Shown in pieces: positions 28,759 through 37,375 of a stretch of 64,000 bases of DNA. Source of the stretch: Chloroflexota bacterium (GTDB taxonomy: Bacteria > Chloroflexota > Dehalococcoidia > UBA2247 > JAUWOP01); assembly GCA_030612045.1 (NCBI GenBank), contig JAUWOP010000001.1, forward strand, positions 26,767 through 90,766. The letters are read 5' to 3'. Both the position numbers and the translations under genes were made by a program. Every line of letters starts with the position of its first letter. Positions within the stretch are counted from its first letter, which is position 1. The notes under the pieces are model-generated. The model was not told the origin of the DNA. It did no database searches and worked only from the letters and a program-made list of their open reading frames with translations.

Positions 28759-29709
28759 TTACACTCCCCTGGGCACAGGGACCCTCTCTATAGCTCTCTC
28801 AATAATGTCTCGTGGAGTTATCTCTCCCACAATATCTGTCTCCTGATTCAGGTGAATGCGGTGCTCCACTACCGGGCGGATAAGCCGCTTCACATCATCT
28901 GGTATCACGAAATCCCGTTCTTGTAAGAAGGCTAGCGCCCGTGCCCCCTTATATAGAGAGATGCTGGCTCTAGGTCCAGCACCACTGGAGACATCCTCAT
29001 CTCCCCGAACATGATTTACTATTCTAACAATATAATTCTCTATCTCAGGGGAAACAAACACCTTGGTGACAGCCTTTCTAAATTCTATCACCTCAGCAGG
29101 GCTTATCACTGGCTCTATCTGGAGGATGTCAAGGCTGTCAATCCTGCGAAGTATCTCGACTTCCTCTGCCCCCGGAGGATAGTTGCTCTCTGCATAGAGC
29201 ATGAAACGGTCAGCTTGAACCTCAGTAAATGGGTAGGTTCCTTCAGCTCCATATTTGAGCTGGGTGGCAATAACCAGGAATGGTTGTGGGAGGGTGTGGG
29301 TCACCCCTTCTACTGTTACCTGCCCCTCCTGCATTGCCTCCAGTAGAGCTGATTGAGTTCGCGGGGTAGTAAGATTTAGCTCATCAGCTAACACCACATT
29401 AGCAAAAATGGGTCCTGGGATGAACCGTGACTTACCATTGAGGTCGTAAATATTGAACCCTGTGATGTCACTGGGGAGTATGTCAGGGGTGAATTGAATG
29501 CGTTTGAATTCACCACCCAGGGCGAGGGCGAAGCTCTTAGCAATAGTAGTCTTGGCAGTGCCGTTGGCACCCTCAATGAGGATATGTCCCCCGCTGAGGA
29601 TTGCCACCCCCAGTAGCTCCTTCAGCTCTGCCAGCCCCACCACTACACGGGAGACCTCATCCACTATCTTCCCAAATGCTTCAAGTGATACCTTAGGTGT
29701 TTCAATCAT
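28759..29709 (-). CDS. MoxR-family AAA+ ATPase
   Basis: HILIEGANGTAKTT Walker A, DELNLTTPRTQSALLEAMQE Walker B / sensor, length 316 aa. Confidence 0.85.
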   Translation of the reverse strand: MIETPKVSLEAFGKIVDEVSRVVVGLAELKELLGVAILSGGHILIEGANGTAKTTIAKSFALALGGEFKRIQFTPDILPSDITGFNIYDLNGKSRFIPGPIFANVVLADELNLTTPRTQSALLEAMQEGQVTVEGVTHTLPQPFLVIATQLKYGAEGTYPFTEVQADRFMLYAESNYPPGAEEVEILRRIDSLDILQIEPVISPAEVIEFRKAVTKVFVSPEIENYIVRIVNHVRGDEDVSSGAGPRASISLYKGARALAFLQERDFVIPDDVKRLIRPVVEHRIHLNQETDIVGEITPRDIIERAIERVPVPRGV

Positions 29710-29727
29710 AGTTCACTCCTTCTGGTA

Positions 29728-29769
29728 GTTGTCAGCATTCAGTTATCAGCCATCAGCATCCAGCTTTTG
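29728..29769. repeat. Family D repeat, copy D4 (immediately upstream of the moxR start)
   Basis: gttgtcagcattcagttatcagccatcagcatccagc. Confidence 0.4.
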
Positions 29770-29807
29770 TATAAGTCCTGTAAACATGCGTTTCACTTCC
29801 TGTAAGC

Positions 29808-29917
29808 GTTCACCCCCTTTCATGTCGTTGCGAGGAGCGTGGCGACGAAGCAATCTCTTCCACCCCACCGAGATTGCTTCGCCTTCGGCTCGCAATGACA
29901 CAGGTGAACGGTTACCA
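29808..29917. repeat. Family A element, copy A2, with GTTCACC...GGTGAAC termini
   Basis: gttcaccccctttcatgtcgttgcgag...ctcgcaatgacacaggtgaacggttacc. Confidence 0.7.
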
Positions 29918-30023
29918 CTTCTTTTACTTGACCATCCAATGCCTCATGGGTTTTTATATCCAGGTATCCCAACTCTTGAGACAGAAGTAGATGATATTCG
30001 TAAGTGTTCACCTGCTCCCTATC

Positions 30024-30106
30024 AAATCCCCCTTAGTCCCCCTTTTCTAAAGGGGGAAAAGAATGTAAGCCTCCCCCTTTTCTAAAGGGGGACTAAGGGG
30101 GATTTT
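30024..30106. repeat. Family B composite element, copy B2 (two CCCCCTTTTCTAAAGGGGG hairpins inside an outer inverted repeat)
   Basis: aatcccccttagt-cccccttttctaaaggggg-...-cccccttttctaaaggggg-actaagggggatt. Identical over more than 80 bp to the reverse complement of copy B5 at 52330. Confidence 0.7.
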
Positions 30107-30206
30107 TCTTCTCGGGGAAAGGATAGCGTAGCCTTATATACAGACAGTACCATTCCGTGAGCCTTCTGCCATACTTCCAAGCTTCTAAAATCTCTCATTT
30201 TCAGTT

Positions 30207-30327
30207 GCCGTTCACCCATGTCATTGCGAGCGAAGCGAAGCAATCTCACCCCCCCCACCACCGAGATTAGCTTGCGTCTTCGTCGCTACACTTCTCGCAA
30301 TGACATGAGAGTGGGTGAACACTTACC
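30207..30327. repeat. Family A element, copy A3, flanked by a 13-bp direct repeat attttcagttgcc
   Basis: gttcacccatgtcattgcgagcgaagcgaagcaatctc-acccccccaccacc-gagattagcttgcg...tctcgcaatgacatgagagtgggtgaacacttacc. The direct repeat sits at 30198-30210 and 30328-30340. Confidence 0.65.
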
Positions 30328-30328
30328 A

Positions 30329-30423
30329 TTTTCAGTTGCCAGCTATCTTTTTAGCTTTCAGTTATCAGCTTTCAGCCTCCACGCCCCTGCTGATGGCTGA
30401 ATGCTGATAGCTGACAGCTAAAT
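30329..30423. repeat. Family D repeat cluster, copy D5, running up to the stop of the DUF4350 gene
   Basis: ttcagttgccagctatctttttagctttcagttatcagctttcagcc...gctgatggctgaatgctgatagctgacagct. Confidence 0.45.
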
Positions 30424-31322
30424 TAATGTTTCCATACTCGCCTCCAGGTCAGTGCTAACACCACTACGATTATACCCAGAACAACCAGCGGTGCGTCAAG
30501 AACACCGCGAGTCTCCTCCAGTCCCTCCTTGGCTACAGTCAATGCCCCTTCAGGAAGATGCGACTGGTCGAGCAGAACCTGACTATCCGAGCCGGTGGCA
30601 TTCCTGAGGAACACAGCGTTGTCCTCCATACCTTCCATACTGTTAATCAGGATGCTGGGGTCAGCTACCAGAATAACCCTTCCTGAGCCGTATGCAGTGG
30701 TGGCAATTACCGGGAGGGGACCCTTAGGCTCATCTTCGTCCCAATTTAGGTTGCCATTCTCATCCACGAAGCTGAAGTGGGAGGATTGAGCGATGACTTC
30801 AGCCTCAGAAACGTCCTTCAAAGCAGTAGCGTGGTCGAATACAATGGCTTCCACACCTGTGACCAGAGGGGAGGGGGAGAAGTCCGTTATTTGGGGAAAC
30901 TGCTCATTCTTGTAATTGAACAGGGGGTCCAGGAGGGGTGTGCCATAGAACCTTACACTCAACCCCATGTGCTCCAGCACCTCATTTCCGCAGCCATAGT
31001 CATCCATAAGCAGCAGGGTTCCCCCACCAGAAACATATAATTTTACCTGCTCTAGTTCAGCAGTAGAGAATTTAGTATAGGGTATCAGCACCAGGGTGGT
31101 GCCTGAAGGGTCAGCAGGGAGGTCTGCCAGGGAGTTCACCCCGGTGGCGGTAAACTGAGCAGTGAAATCCGTCGCACCGTTCCAGGAGGGATTGTCCTCT
31201 CTGAAATCGTCTATTACCGGATAGAGCCAGACGAGCACACCCAGCGCTATCACCGTTACTACCCCGGAAATCCACAATACCCTACGCCAGTTTACCCTTT
31301 TGTAAAGCTCATCATTACCCAC
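30423..31322 (-). CDS. DUF4350-like protein with N- and C-terminal TM helices
   Basis: TM VLWISGVVTVIALGVLVWL at the N-terminus, a large soluble domain, and TM PLVVLGIIVVVLALTW at the C-terminus. This layout is typical of DUF4350 proteins found with MoxR and DUF58. Confidence 0.5.
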   Translation of the reverse strand: MGNDELYKRVNWRRVLWISGVVTVIALGVLVWLYPVIDDFREDNPSWNGATDFTAQFTATGVNSLADLPADPSGTTLVLIPYTKFSTAELEQVKLYVSGGGTLLLMDDYGCGNEVLEHMGLSVRFYGTPLLDPLFNYKNEQFPQITDFSPSPLVTGVEAIVFDHATALKDVSEAEVIAQSSHFSFVDENGNLNWDEDEPKGPLPVIATTAYGSGRVILVADPSILINSMEGMEDNAVFLRNATGSDSQVLLDQSHLPEGALTVAKEGLEETRGVLDAPLVVLGIIVVVLALTWRRVWKH

Positions 31323-31334
31323 AAATAAAACTCC

Positions 31335-31428
31335 TCTTCCCTAAGGGGGGGGGAATGGAAGTCCCCCTTCCCTAAAGGAAGATCCCATCAGTCCCCCTTT
31401 TCTAAAGGGGGATTTAGGGGGATTACAA
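31335..31428. repeat. Family B element, copy B3 (contains a G9 tract)
   Basis: ccctaagggggggggaatggaagtcccccttccctaaagg...gtcccccttttctaaagggggatttagggggatt. Confidence 0.55.
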
Positions 31429-31716
31429 ATTCTCATACACTCTTTCGACAGCTCCACTAAGGTTCTCAAACACCTCTCTATCTGAAAACCGCAAGACTTT
31501 CAATCCATGCTCCTTCATATAATCATCCCTAATCTTATCCTTCTTAACCCCCTCATCATTGTAGTGCTGGCTACCATCAATTTCAATAATTAGCTTTGCT
31601 TTTGGACAGTAGAAATCGACTATATAGTTACCTATAATCCTCTGCCTATAAAATTGATACCCTTTCAACTGCTTTCTCCTCACCTTAGACCAAAACAGCC
31701 TTTCTGCATCAGTCAT
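31423..31716 (-). CDS. DUF559 / Vsr-like PD-(D/E)xK endonuclease-domain protein (97 aa)
   Basis: ...YQFYRQRIIGNYIVDFYCPKAKLIIEIDGSQH...LRF matches the D...EIDG DUF559 core. Confidence 0.6.
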   Translation of the reverse strand: MTDAERLFWSKVRRKQLKGYQFYRQRIIGNYIVDFYCPKAKLIIEIDGSQHYNDEGVKKDKIRDDYMKEHGLKVLRFSDREVFENLSGAVERVYENL

Positions 31717-31796
31717 ATTATTTCGTAGTTGTCTTGAGTATTCTTGTAGATTTGTATTGTAAAACAGCGAAATATCTTACTCCTGCAAAGAGGTTC

Positions 31797-31835
31797 TAAT
31801 CCCCCTCTTTCCCCCTTTTCTAAAGGGGGATTACG
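31797..31835. repeat. Family B hairpin, copy B4, 3 nt beyond the stop of the 652-aa gene; possible terminator
   Basis: taatccccctctttcccccttttctaaagggggattacg. Confidence 0.5.
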
Positions 31836-31837
31836 TC

Positions 31838-33796
31838 CTACGCCAGCCCACTCTTTAGCCCCCTTTGCACCTGCTGAGACAGGTTCTCGGCTCGGGTAAT
31901 CTCCTCATCCCCGGGTGCAACCGCAGAATACAACGCCTTTTCTGCTATTGCTGTCAGTATAGTGAAGTCCTCCTCCACATCTCCTAAACCAGTGCGGCAG
32001 TCTTTCAGAAACTCCCTCATAGTCATATGAGGCTCAAATGCCACACTGCTGACTGCCTCTACTATCTCCACCGCATCATAGTATGCCACCACAGCCCCTC
32101 CCCCTTGGGGTCGTTGTGGGGTTGCATTGCTCGCCTCATCTTTCGCTAACTGCTCTACGGGTGGCGCGACCGTAACTATTTGACCTGGTAGAGATATATC
32201 CACTTGTCCCCTTCTGCGGGTGTACAACACTACACCAATGCATACCAGTGCGACAAAGAGGAATCCGATGTTGATAATATTAGCTACAAAGGTTTTTACC
32301 TCGGTTTGAGTCTGGTCATACCATGGCTCGGCAGGAATGACCGTCACCTCTACAGCCTGATTTCCCATGTAAGTAGGGTCCAGAGGAATATGGAGAACAG
32401 CTCTAAACTCACCATCTTCTCCAGTAATTGTCTCCACTGATTCCCCTCTCAGTGTTAAGGTTACTACGGCACCCGGTACTGGAGCCCCTCCAGAAAGGAC
32501 ACATCCCGTTATCGTAATATCACTGGAGGAGAATACGATATAGGGAGAGCGGACTTCAACCTGGGTCACCATCTTTGTTATCGTTAAGGTTATTTCTTCC
32601 GATACACCAGCATATCGCTGCCAGGAGGCAACAGAGACATTAAGGGTGTGGTCTCCTACGCTTGTATCAGACGGTGGTGTCAATATCAGGGTGAATTGCC
32701 CATCTTCTCCAGTTTTACCCGAAGCCTGAGGTAGAGACCCATCATCAAGGAATACCTCCACTATCCTTCCGTTCAGAGAAGAGCCATCAGAGGTTATTCG
32801 CCCGTTGACACTCATGGGGAATCCCGGGTGTGCTTCCTCCGGAACCGTCAATTCCAGATAGGTGTCGTAGAAACCTATCTGGATAGTTTCCGTAGCAGAA
32901 GTTCCCTGATAGATATCTTTGTCACTATCTGCTGGCGTATACACTGCCCTGACTTCCATTGTGGAGACATACTTGTAGGGGACAGTCAAACTCTTACTGT
33001 ATTTGCCCTCCTCATCAGTTGTCACTGTTCCCTGGAGCGAGTCTACTATGTAGAGGGCTATTACCCTACTACCCAAGGGGCTATTATCCTCACTATCCTT
33101 ATCCTTAAGCATTCCAGAAAGTGTCACCTCATTGCCCACAAATATCTCCTCGGCGGGCACATTAAGACTCAGTTGCGTAGGGGTGAGGTCTGCCTCTTTT
33201 TCTCTCACCTGCTCATCGAGTTGCTCCTGAAGGGATTCATATCGGTCTTTTAGGTCATGCACCTTCTGCACCATACCATCCATATTATCATACGCCTTCT
33301 TCAAAAGACCGGAAGCGGCAGAGGCGAAGACTCCCACCTTTTCACCCAGTGTCCTGGTAGCTGTAGTGAGCTCTGCCAGCAGATTCTCCGCCTCAGTAAT
33401 CTCCGTCCCCACTTCGTCGAGTTTATCCTGAGCCTCACTGAGACGATTCTGGCTAAGAAGGGATGCTGCCTCATCAAGCAGGGTATCTATACTATCCAGT
33501 TTGGCGGAGACATCAGATGTCAGGCTGTTGTAGAGATTGATTATATCCCTCAAATCGTCAGGGATATTAGCTCCATCCAACTGTGCCAGCAGGTTATCAA
33601 CATCAGCAAAGTTTCCTTCAGAGATCAGCCCCATAATCTCACCGTAGTAGTTGAGTAATGAGATAGCACCAAAGGTATCCGTTGCCGTCTCAGGGTCTTC
33701 ATGCGGACTGAAGGGTAACCCCGCCAGCACTGGTGCCCCGGGAAGCAGAGTAGCTATCAGTATAATGAGTAATAAAATGGTGATTAATTTCTTCAT
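31838..33796 (-). CDS. Large secreted protein anchored by one C-terminal TM helix: signal peptide, about 180 aa of coiled coil, three CarboxypepD_reg/Ig-like beta domains, TM, and a cytoplasmic DUF4129-like tail
   Basis: MKKLITILLLIILIATLLPGAPVLAG signal; heptad-rich LxxL region; repeats such as ITITGCVLSGGAPVPGAVVTLTLRGESVETITGEDGEFRAV; TM IINIGFLFVALVCIGVVLY followed by RRRG; tail ...YYDAVEIVEAV...MTMREFLKD...FTILTAIAEKALYS. Confidence 0.55.
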   Translation of the reverse strand: MKKLITILLLIILIATLLPGAPVLAGLPFSPHEDPETATDTFGAISLLNYYGEIMGLISEGNFADVDNLLAQLDGANIPDDLRDIINLYNSLTSDVSAKLDSIDTLLDEAASLLSQNRLSEAQDKLDEVGTEITEAENLLAELTTATRTLGEKVGVFASAASGLLKKAYDNMDGMVQKVHDLKDRYESLQEQLDEQVREKEADLTPTQLSLNVPAEEIFVGNEVTLSGMLKDKDSEDNSPLGSRVIALYIVDSLQGTVTTDEEGKYSKSLTVPYKYVSTMEVRAVYTPADSDKDIYQGTSATETIQIGFYDTYLELTVPEEAHPGFPMSVNGRITSDGSSLNGRIVEVFLDDGSLPQASGKTGEDGQFTLILTPPSDTSVGDHTLNVSVASWQRYAGVSEEITLTITKMVTQVEVRSPYIVFSSSDITITGCVLSGGAPVPGAVVTLTLRGESVETITGEDGEFRAVLHIPLDPTYMGNQAVEVTVIPAEPWYDQTQTEVKTFVANIINIGFLFVALVCIGVVLYTRRRGQVDISLPGQIVTVAPPVEQLAKDEASNATPQRPQGGGAVVAYYDAVEIVEAVSSVAFEPHMTMREFLKDCRTGLGDVEEDFTILTAIAEKALYSAVAPGDEEITRAENLSQQVQRGLKSGLA

Positions 33797-34059
33797 AAAA
33801 GTGCAACACCCCAGATTATCTCTGTCACTGCCGTTGCCACTATAACAAGAAAACCGGCAAAGAGTATATAATTTATGGCAGAGAGGCTGCGCCGTGCCCG
33901 AGGGTCAAGGGAAGAAAATAGCACTGTGAGGGCAAGGGTCTCTACCAAATAAACTGAGAGGTATATCTTTAGCTGTGACACCTCAGCAAATGCCATAATG
34001 ACAGTAGTAATGGCGAAGAGGGATGTCAGCCACAGGATATAGCGATTATAGAGAGTCAT
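33793..34059 (-). CDS. Small membrane protein (88 aa, about 3 TM), translationally coupled to the upstream gene by an ATGA overlap
   Basis: MTLYNRYILWLTSLFAITTVIMAF... The start ATG overlaps the stop of the 34056..34805 gene. Confidence 0.4.
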   Translation of the reverse strand: MTLYNRYILWLTSLFAITTVIMAFAEVSQLKIYLSVYLVETLALTVLFSSLDPRARRSLSAINYILFAGFLVIVATAVTEIIWGVALL

Positions 34060-34805
34060 GCTTGTATCTCCAGCGTGATTCTGCTCTTGTTTTTCTCTTC
34101 TACCTCCTGCTGTATTATGAGAGGTTTGTTGACTACCTCGGCAGCAATAGATGCTACTATGGAGGTGATGGGTGTTCCCAGCCACTCGTAGACCTGGATA
34201 TTCCTGCTTTCTTGATAAGGATGGGAGACCTCCACCTCAATATCACTATCGTTCATACTAATTACCCTGACACCACTTGCCAAATTGAGCAATCCTATAA
34301 GGATATAGTGCAGAGAAGCCTCCAGCCCCTCAGAGGTGGCGGAGGCGACTCCCTCCAGTTTAGTCGCACTTAGTGAACCCGGCGTAGTTACCAGTATCCC
34401 CACATCCTCAGGGCGGGAGCCAAACTTGACTATCATACGATGTGGGAGTGCCCGGTCAATACGAGGAAGCTCCGGGTTAGCATGAAGGGGTATGAGAGCC
34501 TGTGGCTGCCCACTGCCTGTCAGAGAGGAAGGAAGATAAATCGCTTTGGCTCTCAGCCCCACTTCCTCTACCAGAGCAGCGATATTTGCCATGCCTGTCT
34601 CCAGGAAGGTAACGCTTGTCTCCGGGGAAACGGCAGGTATACTCTTCCCCAGGGCGAGGCAAACTGCCCCCAGGATTATCATGGAGATTCCCATGGCTGT
34701 CAGGGGCGTGTCTAATAATAACAAATAGGCAGTAGAGGTAAGCCCTATTCCTCCCACCAGTAATCCTATGCCCAATAGAAGATAAATACTTTTATTACGG
34801 CGCAT
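34056..34805 (-). CDS. Hypothetical membrane protein (two N-terminal TM helices plus a soluble domain of about 170 aa)
   Basis: MRRNKSIYLLLGIGLLVGGIGL...MGISMIILGAVCLALG..., no family recognised. Confidence 0.45.
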   Translation of the reverse strand: MRRNKSIYLLLGIGLLVGGIGLTSTAYLLLLDTPLTAMGISMIILGAVCLALGKSIPAVSPETSVTFLETGMANIAALVEEVGLRAKAIYLPSSLTGSGQPQALIPLHANPELPRIDRALPHRMIVKFGSRPEDVGILVTTPGSLSATKLEGVASATSEGLEASLHYILIGLLNLASGVRVISMNDSDIEVEVSHPYQESRNIQVYEWLGTPITSIVASIAAEVVNKPLIIQQEVEEKNKSRITLEIQA

Positions 34806-34837
34806 ATTATGAGTTCTCTCTGTTTATTTTCGGTACT

Positions 34838-34871
34838 CAGGTAGGTTGACCGACGTCGGTCAACCTACCTG
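34838..34871. repeat. Family C palindrome, copy C3 (perfect 34-bp, centre CG, contains GACGTC)
   Basis: caggtaggttgaccgacgtcggtcaacctacctg. Confidence 0.7.
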
Positions 34872-34877
34872 TAGCCT

Positions 34878-36233
34878 TCACTTATTCTCATCCCACACAG
34901 GGTGCATTACCAATCCTGTAGGAGGCTTCGGGTAGAAATGGGTGGACTTCTGAGGCATACGGTCACCAGCATCAGCTATTGCCATGACACTGGATACAGG
35001 CATAGGATTAATCAAAAAGGCTAGCTGATACTCTCCGGAGTCTACTCGAGATACTGCTTCTAGAGCATCTCTTGTATAGTCCAGGGAATCTTCCTCACGA
35101 GAAGGAGAATCTATACCAATGATGCCCTTCAAAATTATCTCATGGAGTACACTGACATCAAGCTCTCTCCATGGCTCACTGTGCTCTACAGGCAGCATCT
35201 CTCGAAGAGTTAGCATCTTACGAGGCAAGAGCAGATGCAGACACCCCTTATCGAGTCCATAGAGACCAAGGGCTATTGCCTTGTCTCCCTGGTGGTGCAG
35301 AACATCCAGCCAGTTCCTCAGGATTTCCTCCTGTGAAGAACCATTACGAGGGAGCTCTTGTATATGAAACAACTCCTCTAACCTGCTTGTCAACTCAGTA
35401 GGGGTCATGACCACAGGGAGACGAACCAAACGATGAGTAGGCAGCATAAGTATTCCAGGGTCTGCCGCATCCATAATATTTATCATCACAAAATTGAATC
35501 GTTCTTCCCCTGTATAATGGGGCTGCCTCAGTTGCTGCTCCGCCTGATACCTCAAGGCAGTTTCGTAGCGGTGATGACCATCTGCGATATACAAAACCCT
35601 ATCATTGCAAAGTGCAGCGATTTTATCTATCCGTAGTTCATCATCTATTATCCACATGTTGTGTGTCACACCATATTGGTCCGTCACCTCTAGCACTGTC
35701 TCATTCTGGACTAAGTATGGCAGGAGTGATACAAGACCTTCTCCTTCAGAAGGGAGCATTGCCAGAACAGGACTCAGATTGACATGACAGGAGCGCAGAA
35801 GATTGAGACGGTCAACTGCTGGCTTGGGGAGAATAATCTCATGAGGGCGTATCCTGCCACTACTCCACTGTGCCAGTCTGACACTGGCAGCAAGCTCCCA
35901 GCGATTTTGGGTAACCCCCTGATAGCTAAAGCGGTGATTGAAGATATAAAAGGCAGGGTTTTCCCCTCGTATCAATATTCCTTGCTTCAGCCAGTCCTTC
36001 AGTGTAGTTGCCGCTCGTGTGTATCTATTGTTCTCAGCCGAATCTGAAGGATAGACCTCGCCCAATTCTAGTCTTATCACATTATATGGGCTCTTGTGGC
36101 AATAGAGTTGCTGTTCCTTTGGCGATATAATATCATAGGGAGGCGCGATTATTTGTGAGAGGTCTCCTACTTTCTCTAAATTATAGCAAAGCCCCTGAAA
36201 GGGGCAGATATTCTGTAGCTTCATATTCATCAC
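34878..36233 (-). CDS. DUF1015 family protein
   Basis: ...LQNICPFQGLCYNLEKVGDLSQIIAPPYDIIS... resembles the DUF1015 N-terminal motif. 451 aa. Confidence 0.65.
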   Translation of the reverse strand: MMNMKLQNICPFQGLCYNLEKVGDLSQIIAPPYDIISPKEQQLYCHKSPYNVIRLELGEVYPSDSAENNRYTRAATTLKDWLKQGILIRGENPAFYIFNHRFSYQGVTQNRWELAASVRLAQWSSGRIRPHEIILPKPAVDRLNLLRSCHVNLSPVLAMLPSEGEGLVSLLPYLVQNETVLEVTDQYGVTHNMWIIDDELRIDKIAALCNDRVLYIADGHHRYETALRYQAEQQLRQPHYTGEERFNFVMINIMDAADPGILMLPTHRLVRLPVVMTPTELTSRLEELFHIQELPRNGSSQEEILRNWLDVLHHQGDKAIALGLYGLDKGCLHLLLPRKMLTLREMLPVEHSEPWRELDVSVLHEIILKGIIGIDSPSREEDSLDYTRDALEAVSRVDSGEYQLAFLINPMPVSSVMAIADAGDRMPQKSTHFYPKPPTGLVMHPVWDENK

Positions 36234-36312
36234 AGTTTATATACTACCTCCAAAAGAGTTATAATACCAAAGGGGAAGCGAAGAGTCAATTCTATAATCG
36301 GTTTTCACAAGA

Positions 36313-37311
36313 ATGGTACAGATAGCTAAGAGTAAACAAAAGATGCTTCATCACACGAATGGTACCTTATTGCCCGAAGAGAGCAAGGAGGAACTACACC
36401 TTCAGGAGATAACCTGGGAGGGGTTAACATGGCTTAATGTTGAGAAGCCTACCCCAAGGGAAATTGAGTATCTATCCCAACACTACCCCTTTCACCATTT
36501 AGACCTGGATGACTGCCTGAGCCGAATCCAGCTTCCCAAAATAGATGTTTATGATGAGTACCTTTTCATTGTGCTGCACTTCCCCCTGTTTAGCAAAGAG
36601 GCACAGGTTACTATACCCAGTCAGGTTTCGATTTTTATCGGCAGGGATTATTTAGTTACTCTCCATGCAGGAACACTTAAACCCCTGACTAAGCTCTTCC
36701 GAGACTGCCAACTTCGTGAAGAGGCACGGCAGGAGAATATGCGATGCTCTGGCTATCTTCTGTATCGCATTGTTGACAGGTTGATTGATTATTGTTTACC
36801 CATATTGAACAAGATAATAGAGAATATGGATAAGGTGGAAGATGATATTTTTGATGCCAAGAAACGGGAAACAGTAAAGGAGCTTTCTGCCCTGCGCCGC
36901 GATATCATCTCTTACCGTCGCATCATCTCACCATTACGAACTGTAGTTGCTACCCTGGAATACCATACATCTCGCTTCCAGAGAGAGGATATGGAGGTCT
37001 ATTGGGGAGACGCTACAGACCATATTGATAAAATGCGGGATACTCTGGATGAGTGCAAGGAGATTATTGAAGGGTTGAACGACACCAATAACTCCCTCTA
37101 CTCCCATCACACCAATGAGGTAATGCGTATACTCACCATCCTGGCAACTGTAATAATGCCTCTTACTCTGGTTGCCAGTCTCTATGGAATGAATGTGCAT
37201 CTGCCAGGCGACTATGGAGAAGGTTACGCTACATTCATCATCATATTGGTAGTTATGAGTCTCATTACCGGAGGCATGCTGTTCTTCTTTTATCGTCGTG
37301 GCTGGATATGA
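36313..37311 (+). CDS. corA: Magnesium/cobalt transporter CorA
   Basis: C-terminal TM pair with YGMNVHLPG, the GMN signature. Confidence 0.85.
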   Translation: MVQIAKSKQKMLHHTNGTLLPEESKEELHLQEITWEGLTWLNVEKPTPREIEYLSQHYPFHHLDLDDCLSRIQLPKIDVYDEYLFIVLHFPLFSKEAQVTIPSQVSIFIGRDYLVTLHAGTLKPLTKLFRDCQLREEARQENMRCSGYLLYRIVDRLIDYCLPILNKIIENMDKVEDDIFDAKKRETVKELSALRRDIISYRRIISPLRTVVATLEYHTSRFQREDMEVYWGDATDHIDKMRDTLDECKEIIEGLNDTNNSLYSHHTNEVMRILTILATVIMPLTLVASLYGMNVHLPGDYGEGYATFIIILVVMSLITGGMLFFFYRRGWI

Positions 37312-37316
37312 ACAGA

Positions 37317-37375
37317 AGGCTGAAGGCTGAAGGGGTCTAGTAGCCTTCAGCCTAACTACCAGAGTGGGTGAACGG
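37317..37375 (+). repeat. GGCTGAAGG hairpin element plus a solo family-A terminus, in the 72-nt gap upstream of the YhhQ gene. It is a likely terminator for corA; alternatively a candidate preQ1-type aptamer (weak)
   Basis: gaaggctgaaggctgaagg-ggtctagtag-ccttcagcc followed by gagtgggtgaacggttatc. A related hairpin lies at 58121. Confidence 0.35.
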
